Shown: piece by piece, positions 57,556-64,000 of the stretch
Numbering within the stretch: the first letter of the stretch is position 1
How the letters are laid out: each line of letters opens with the position of its first letter
Assembly (NCBI RefSeq): GCF_964194025.1
Contig: NC_134473.1
Span: 33,852,001 to 33,916,000, forward strand
Source: Convolutriloba macropyga
Lineage: Eukaryota
Length of the DNA: 64,000 nt
Direction: 5' to 3'
Notes under the pieces: generated by a model
Database searches by the model: none
The model's input: the letters and a program-made list of their open reading frames with translations, nothing else
Told to the model about the DNA's origin: nothing
Translations under genes and position numbers: made by a program

Positions 57556-58211
57556 GCGACACACTCTACAAGCAATTGGGGGAACCGAGCCAGATCAGAA
57601 TGTGCAATAAAAATATAATAGCTGCCAATAACGGGAAAATTCCTATAATGGGGTCAACAGATATTCAAGTTCAACTTCAGAAATTTACATGTGAAATAAC
57701 AGTTAAATTTCTAGTGACCAGAATTGAGATAACGCCTTGTTTATTAGGAATAGAAATCTTGTACAATTTTGACTGTATTTTAATTCTCAGAAAGAACAAA
57801 CTTTTTTGCGGGGCGATTGGGAAAACATTACAATTGGCCCCATCCCAACGAAATAATAAGAATCTGTTTTGAATTGCTGCTGAGGATCACGAAATACCTC
57901 GTCGCTGCGAGGGTTTCTTTAAATGCAAAATTATCGATGAGGAAGGTAACATAACACAGCAAACAGAAATTATAGTCGAACCCATGAAAGGGTTTGAAGA
58001 CAAATCACACCTATTAATAGCGAGATCGCTGAATGACATGGTTGATGATGTCGTATGGGTTCGAGCTCTGAACCCTACATTAGAATCAAAGAAAGTTTAC
58101 AAAAATGCGAGAATCGCATGTGCGGAAAACATTGAAAAATTTTCAAGAGTATAACAAAATAACCCTGACAATTATAAAAAGCATAGGAACGAATTTGATT
58201 TCGAGAAACAC
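57556..58211 (+). pseudogene. Gypsy aspartic protease C-terminal half plus linker; catalytic N-terminal part apparently deleted
   Basis: IIAANNGKIPIMG..FLVT..PCLLGIEILYNFDCIL matches the C-half of retropepsins; no D(T/S)G motif seen upstream; stop at 57870. Confidence 0.7.
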
Positions 58212-59405
58212 GTGAACTCAAGTTCAATGAGCTTGTCTTGTAAAGAAATGACAATAGTGAGGTCACTTTGCACAAAATATGAAGTGTTATCTTCGCGAAA
58301 CTCAAATGATATGGGATTTTCCGACCGAATTAATCATAAAATAAAATTTAAAATGGATGCTGTGCCATTCAGACGTACATACGGCATCATGAGCTTTGCG
58401 AAAAGAAAAACCATGAACAAAATTGTCGAAGACTTGGAACGAGATGACTTAGTCGAACCAACACACTCTGATTGGGCAGCACCATCATTACTGGTACCAA
58501 AAAAAGGCGGAACCTACCGCTTAGTTGTAGACTACCGTGGTCTAAACAAACAAATAGAGAAAACATGCTGGCCTTTGCCACGAATTCATGAGGTTATTGA
58601 TTCACTGGAGGGAAACATGTACTTCTCAAACATTGATCTTCTGTCGGGATACTTTCAAATGGCGCTGGAAGAAGAGAGTCAACAAGTAACAGCTTTTATT
58701 ACACCTTTGGGCCTATATAAGTGGAGGAGGCTCCCTATGGGACTAGCTTCTGCACCAGGAGCTTTTCAAAACCTAATGGAATTGATTTTTGCTGGTCTCT
58801 CTTACCAAGTAGCTTTAGTTTATCTAGACGACGTTATCGTTTTCGGAAGAAATTTCGAGGAACATCTTAAACGGTTAGAGCTGGCTTTCCAACGTTTATC
58901 GGAGAATGGGTTAAAGATTAAAGGATCAAAAAGCAATTTCTTCCAAAAGCGCGTCAGCTTTTTAGGACATATTATATCTGAGAGTGGTGTCGAGGTCGAC
59001 CCAGAGAAAATAAGAGCGGTAGAAAAAATGAAAGAACCATCATCCCTAAAAGACGTCAGGGCTTTTCTGGGCCTTGTGAGCTATTATCGAAAGTTCCTTC
59101 CGGGTTTCGGAAAAACAGCAGAACCTCTTTACAGGTTACTAATTAAATCAAATATATTTGAATGGAGTACAGAGTGCACAAGTGCGGTAGCAGAGTTGAA
59201 GAAAAAGCTTTTAGAAGCCCCAGTTTTAGGATATCCAAACGATAGGGATCAACATACATTAACTACCGATGCATCGTTGATCGTTTTTGTTCTTACACAA
59301 AAACAAGGAACTGAGGATAGAGTTATTGCATATGCTAGCAAAACTTTGAGTAAAATTCAACGAAACTACTCAGCAAATAAGCGGGATTTAATCGCAATAT
59401 TTTGA
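58212..59405 (+). pseudogene. pol: Gypsy reverse transcriptase + N-terminal RNase H, truncated by deletion
   Basis: WAAPSLLVPKK, YRLVVDYRGLN, PLPRI, DLLSGYFQ, LPMGLASAP, YLDD, FLGH, then RNase H LTTDAS and YASKTL..QRNYS; sequence switches to env-like at ~59400. Confidence 0.95.
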
Positions 59406-60669
59406 AGACGATTTAGTAAACTATTTTTTTGAAATCAAGGTGAGCAAACATGTCAAACGATCAAACACTTTAATAAGGAGGACCCTGTAAAAATTTTTGG
59501 TAACAACAAAACCACTTTTATCAGCAGAAAAACTTTGCACAAAAACAAATATGAAGATTTTGCATTAGAAATCTTAGAGTAAAAAGCAATTAGTTTGTGT
59601 GGACAGCAGGTGAAAACAACCGGAGTTCCAGGTGTTTTTTACTCCGAGAAAAGTTCAGAATTGAAAACTGGTAATCTTAAAATAACCATGGAAATGTTTC
59701 TTTCAAGCGTCGTTGACACCTTGAATTTCGAACTTCTCAAGGAGAGAAAATTTTTTTTATGAAAATTAGAACGCTCCATTGCGAGATTCAACGACTAAAA
59801 ATTCAAACTATGATTGAAATATCAAAAAACATTGTTAGTCCATCGGTAACACTCTTCGAGAAAGGAACTCTCGTCAAAAGAGCAGGATTTGTGTTGTATG
59901 TTCATAAATGTGCAAAGATGGTAGCAACAATAACTAAACTTTCTTTTTGCACAGAAGAAGTTCCTGTGTTAGTAGAGGGTCAGAATTTTTCTTCAATTAG
60001 ATATATGGACCCTATTACAAAAATTTTGTATCATAATTATACAATCGCTGCATGCAACCCGCTGTACCCAAATGTTGTGAAATTAGAAGACGGCAGTTTT
60101 CAACAATATGGAGAAACGCTGAAGAAATTCAATCGTCAGATATATCAGTGGTCGATGAATAATAACTTAAATGTAAGTGATGAAAATCTGCATCGCAGCT
60201 TTTTCTCCATATCAGACGTGAAACAGAGTCCAATTGCACGAACAATTCGCCATAATAGTAAAGGAATTATCATGCGGGAAGCATTCCCCGAGATTCGGAT
60301 GGAAAAAACAGTCATGAAAATTTTATTCATCGGAACGCTCAGTTCCAAAAACAATTTTTTCTAACAAATGTAATAACAATTTTTCGTAACTTAAAAACTG
60401 AAAGCTTATAGGTTTTGTTAAAAGCTAAGGACATTGTTGTGTCAGTCTTAACAGTCTACCTCATATTCCAAGTTGTGAAAAATTTTCCTAAATTGTTCAT
60501 CTATTTAGGATTAGTCATTAATGGAGCCTCCTGGCAACAACCGTTGCGGAATCTCGACCCAGTAACGGGAACACACATGTATAATCAACTACTCAAATTA
60601 ATTAATGAGCGCCGAGAACAAAAGAAAATGATTGAAGAGAAAGAGTCCTTGAACGAGTCGGTTGTGTAA
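59401..60669 (+). pseudogene. env: Envelope-like glycoprotein (C-terminal part) resembling chuvirus G / Tas-type class III-like env; frameshifted
   Basis: Cys-spaced ectodomain motifs FALEI..SLCGQQVKTTGVPGVF, HCEIQR, AGFVLYVHKC..V, FCTEEVPV, YMDPITKIL, CNPLYP; N-glycosylation sequons (NFS, NYT, NVS); C-terminal hydrophobic segment DIVVSVLTVYLIFQVV..LFIYLGLVI and charged tail; located after pol. Confidence 0.78.
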
Positions 60670-61459
60670 AAAAAATGAAAATGAGTTGTCTTGAGTTCAA
60701 GACCAAAAAAATGAAAATGATTTGACTTGAGTTCAGGACCATAAAAATGAATGAAAAAGACTTGTCTTGAGTTCAGGACGAAAGAAAATGAAAATGACTT
60801 GTCTTGAGTTCAAGACCAAAAAAAACGAAAATGAGTTGTCTTGAGTTGAAGACCCAAAAAAAATGAAAATGAGTTGTCTTCAGTTCAAGACCAAAAAAAA
60901 AGAAAATGATTTGTCTTGAGTTCAGCACCAAAGAAATGAATGAAAATGACTTGTCATGAGTTCAGGACGAAAGAAAATGAAAATGACTTGTCTTGAGTTC
61001 AAGACCAAAAAAAATGAGTAGTCTTGAGTTCAAGACCCAAAAAAAAAATGAAAATGATTTGACTTGAGTTCAGGACCATAAAAATGAATGAAAAAGACTT
61101 GTCTTGAGTTCAGGACGAAAAAAAATGAAAATGACTTGTCTTGAGTTCAAGACCAAAAAAAAAACGAAAATGAGTTGTCTTGAGTTGAAGACCCAAAAAA
61201 AATGAAAATGAGTTGTCTTCAGTTCAAGACCAAAAAAAAAGAAAATGATTTGTCTTGAGTTCAGCACCAAAAAAAATGAATGAAAATGAATTGTCATGAG
61301 TTCAGGACGAAAAAAAGATGAAAATGACTTGTCTTGAGTTCAAGACCAAAAAAAATTAAAATTAGTTGTCTTGAGTTCAAGACCAAAAAAAAATGAAAAA
61401 GAGTTGTCTTGAGGTCAAGACCATTACAAAATAAGGGAAAAGTCTTGAGATCAAGACTG
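60669..61459 (+). repeat. Tandem array of ~21 units (~36-40 bp), each with a GTCTTGA-GT-TCAAGAC inverted repeat
   Basis: Consensus A(n)TGAAAATGA(G/C)TTGTCTTGAGTTCAAGACC; variant units 2-8 recur as units 11-17 (higher-order period ~337 bp). Confidence 0.95.
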
Positions 61460-61487
61460 AAATTATTGAGAAACTTTAGAAGCAAAA

Positions 61488-62406
61488 ATGGTTTCTATTA
61501 AACATAGCAGGCAGTGAGATCCCACAAATTGGTGAAATTGTGTACTATATGCCAGAGTTGTGGAAACTTATTTCGTAGATTTCCCCGGGAGTGTACCGAG
61601 TTGAATCTTGTCTGTCACGGACTCGAAAGTTGTCTAGACTAGAACTTCTGGTACCCGCCAATATTCGGCCCCGAGCTCTGCAGACTGAAGTGGAACTGCA
61701 AATCCAGTGCGCGCAGTTAGAGAAATTGAAGAGTACAAACTCTTTACTCCAAAAGGATCTTGTCGAGCTTCGACAAAAACTAGACAAACATTGCGACAAA
61801 GCCAAAGAGGTAACAAGAGAAGCATTGAGAAAACTGAGCGCCCAGTGTGAGGCGCTAAGAGATAACCTAAAGGCGGCGGCAGCTAGAAATGGGGAACAAG
61901 AGCAGTCAATCGACTTACTTAAGCAGGAGTTGGCCGATCTAAAAGTCAATACTGATAAAAAGAACAAAGCCATGGAGAAAATGGAGAAAGAGAATGACCA
62001 ATTGAAGTCGGAGCTTCAGCAGTTGGAAAACTATAACCAATACTTGGCGAATGAGTGCCGAAGTAAAGACACTATAATTGATAGACAAAAGCATTCTTTG
62101 AAGAACGAGAAAGACAAAACGAAGGTCACAGAAAAATGTTTATTCGAGATTCGGAATAAAAATGTATTGAATCGGCCTGCGACATTGTACGAGATTTTGT
62201 TGATAAAAAGTTTTGCTTCAAAAGATCAGATCAAAAAACACTACCACAAAATGAGCTTGTTGACGCACCCTGATGCTGATGGAGATGAGGAGTTTTTCAA
62301 GACCATTAATCGAGCATACCAAATACTGATGAACGATGGGGCGCGAGAAGCGTACAACAATTTCGGGCTGGACGAGGCAGAGAAAGTCATGAATGACGAA
62401 AACTAA
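61488..62406 (+). CDS. Coiled-coil protein with C-terminal DnaJ/J-domain encoded inside the Gypsy element; 5' end damaged
   Basis: Open frame 61591-62406 (271 aa): heptad-rich E/K/L/Q middle, then TLYEILLI..ASKDQIKKHYHKMSLLTHPD..GDEEFFKTINRAYQILMNDGAREAYNNFG (62182-62370). The upstream frame has a TAG at 61576 and needs a 1-nt shift to reach ATG 61488. Confidence 0.88.
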
Positions 62407-62535
62407 TACCTAAACTTTTTATATGAAAAGCACAAACTTTTTGTATTTTAAAACGTTCATGCATCAAGAGCTGTAAAATTTGTTTAATTTTATGTGAGTG
62501 AGTGGCACGCTCTATTCTTATTGAGAGCGGGGCAG

Positions 62536-62982
62536 TGTGAGTGTCACACGTATGTAAAAAAAAGGTGTACTAAAAACCTTGGGTTTCAAGGTCAAAGATT
62601 TAGTTTAAACTTATTACTTAAATTTGAGTAATTTATTACTTGATTAATGACTGACATAATCTTGATAGGTGTCGACAGATTGAAATAGTCAAAGCTCGGG
62701 CTTCGAGCAATACTAACAATTGTGACATATCAGTATTTACTTGGTTAATTTACCACGGTGATAGAACCAATATTGGGTACGGGCAAAACTGAGGATAAAA
62801 CTCATTCATTGAATAATAAACCTACCTTCAGAGTTAATCACTCAATTAGATCTTCATTTATTTGAAACCAATCTCTTCTGCTTTTTATCTACTTATTAAT
62901 TGAACTTCAATCCTTGTATTTTAAACAAGTACCACGCTCAATTACAAAAGATAATACATATTGCGCATGGGCGGCTGCTATA
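62536..62982 (+). repeat. Gypsy 3' LTR
   Basis: Follows the PPT; TG start, ends GGCTGCTATA immediately before the target duplication and resumption of the Copia reading frame. Confidence 0.88.
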
Positions 62983-63365
62983 GCTGAACTGAATGCAGCA
63001 GCTGAGGCAAGCAAAGAGGTGGTACGCTTAGCAAACCTTTTGAAGGAAATGAACATAGATGTTGAGCAAACTTTGAATGTTTTTGTAGATATTCAAGCAC
63101 GTATTGCTCTTAGTAAGAATTCCATGAACCATGGCAAGACTAACCCCTTTGCTCAACATCTATGTCACTAACCCCTTTGCTCAACATCTATGTCACTAAC
63201 CCCTTTGCGTTGAAGGTGCACTTCATTTGGAACTTAGTCGGGAAAAATGTATTAGATCTGAACTACTTGCCTTTCGATGGCATGCCGGCAGAAACCCTAA
63301 CAAAAGCTTTGGGGAGAACAAAAATTTCATTTTTGCGTGATGTTCTCCTAGGTTCAAACACTTAA
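62983..63365 (+). pseudogene. Copia RNase H C-terminal half
   Basis: AELNAAAEASKEV, VFVDIQARIALSKN..HGKT, LKVHFI, MPAETLTKAL; 28-bp tandem duplication at 63138-63208. Confidence 0.88.
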
Positions 63366-64000
63366 TATGATAGGAGGGCTATTTATTGTATAATATTAAT
63401 TGCGTAATATGAAAAAGTATACTCACTGATTTTTATCTCTGCGTTCCCATTAATCAAAAGTCTGTACTCACCTCCAGTGAAAAATCTTAGATAAAAAGTG
63501 ATCCTATCAGAATATGGTTTTGCTCAGAGTCAATCAATACACATGACACTATAGGGCGTTAGTATTTTTACCTTTATGTGACTGCTACTGCTTGTACGTT
63601 TTCACGTGGCCTTTATTTGGGACGTTTGGTGGATAACCTAATTACTATAGGAACCCAAGCGGAATCAGCAAAAATGCTTTTGCAGGAACAAAGGATGACT
63701 TAACTTAGCGTGGACAATAGATTGCTGGTCTGTCTTAGGCAATATATCTAACACCATGAACATCTCCCTAGTCTTCAAAACGTGTAAACAAAATTGTGAT
63801 TCAACTATCTTTAATCCGTATTAAAAGGTCTTATCTGATGTCTCTTCTGCTGAGACATGCTGGCCTCAACATCTCTTCATAGATGATAAAACAATAGTGT
63901 TAAAGTAGTGTTAGTGTTAAAGTAGTCTGAAAGTAGGAGACTCTATTTGTTTTCATCCGTCAAGTGGTAATTTTTTATTAGACAGTGGTAAAACTGTCTG

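Larger units (their letters stand above)
56113..62982 (+). mobile_element. Ty3/Gypsy LTR retrotransposon with env-like gene and J-domain ORF; internally deleted (no integrase); nested in a Copia RNase H
   Basis: Paired LTRs starting TGTGAGTGTCACACG (56113 and 62536); gag-pro-RT-RNaseH order; purine tract GAGAGCGGGGCAG just before the 3' LTR; 4-bp target duplication ACTG (56109-56112) / GCTG (62983-62986) that restores the Copia codons STTE-A-ELN. Confidence 0.93.
51560..63460 (+). mobile_element. Degenerate Ty1/Copia LTR retrotransposon interrupted by the Gypsy element
   Basis: gag (LKGLPNKYE, CFQCGESGH), protease LVLDSGATSH, HKRLRH/CETC, integrase (VHTDIIGP, APYTPEENG, TPFEAMYGQKP..IFGC), RT (ARLVANGFSQ, KTAFLNA, KSLYGLKQ, LWVDE), RNase H (DSDWAG..RKSTSGY); integrase precedes RT; PPT TAGGAGGG at 63371; LTR limits approximate. 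Confidence 0.9.

Noticed and set aside
57870-58140. dUTPase in the Gypsy protease-RT linker
   Set aside because: Only a vague beta-rich resemblance; conserved dUTPase motifs are not evident and such linkers are common in Gypsy pol
60669-61459. CRISPR-like array (palindromic repeats, regular spacing)
   Set aside because: The spacers are near-identical A-rich linkers rather than unique sequences; no cas genes; eukaryotic retroelement context
61545-61973. 142-aa minus-strand ORF
   Set aside because: Antisense shadow of the coiled-coil ORF; Ser/Leu/Phe-rich with no recognisable motif

Overview
AT-rich eukaryotic (invertebrate-animal-like) genomic DNA dominated by decayed transposable elements, with one 161-nt N gap. 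The left third holds a minus-strand, intron-rich host gene for an unidentified multi-pass membrane protein (four reconstructable exons, 19015->~291). Its reading frame is only kept if non-canonical splice donors are used (GC, and GG or GA). Its introns are filled with CCC..GGG-ended non-autonomous DNA elements carrying palindromic tandem repeats, a 1.76-kb tandem duplication and small MITEs. The middle holds a degenerate BEL/Pao LTR retrotransposon (~22.3-30.2 kb) with an internal rearrangement, plus several CR1/L2-like LINE remnants. The right end holds a decayed Ty1/Copia element whose RNase H is interrupted by a younger Ty3/Gypsy element (56113-62982). That Gypsy element is the highlight. 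Between its LTRs it carries gag-pro-RT, the remnant of an envelope gene resembling chuvirus/Tas-type (class III-like) glycoproteins, a 21-unit palindromic repeat array, and an extra coiled-coil + DnaJ (HPD) J-domain ORF. It therefore looks like an enveloped retrovirus-like element with a captured Hsp70 co-chaperone. All family assignments are by-eye motif recognition; no database search was run.
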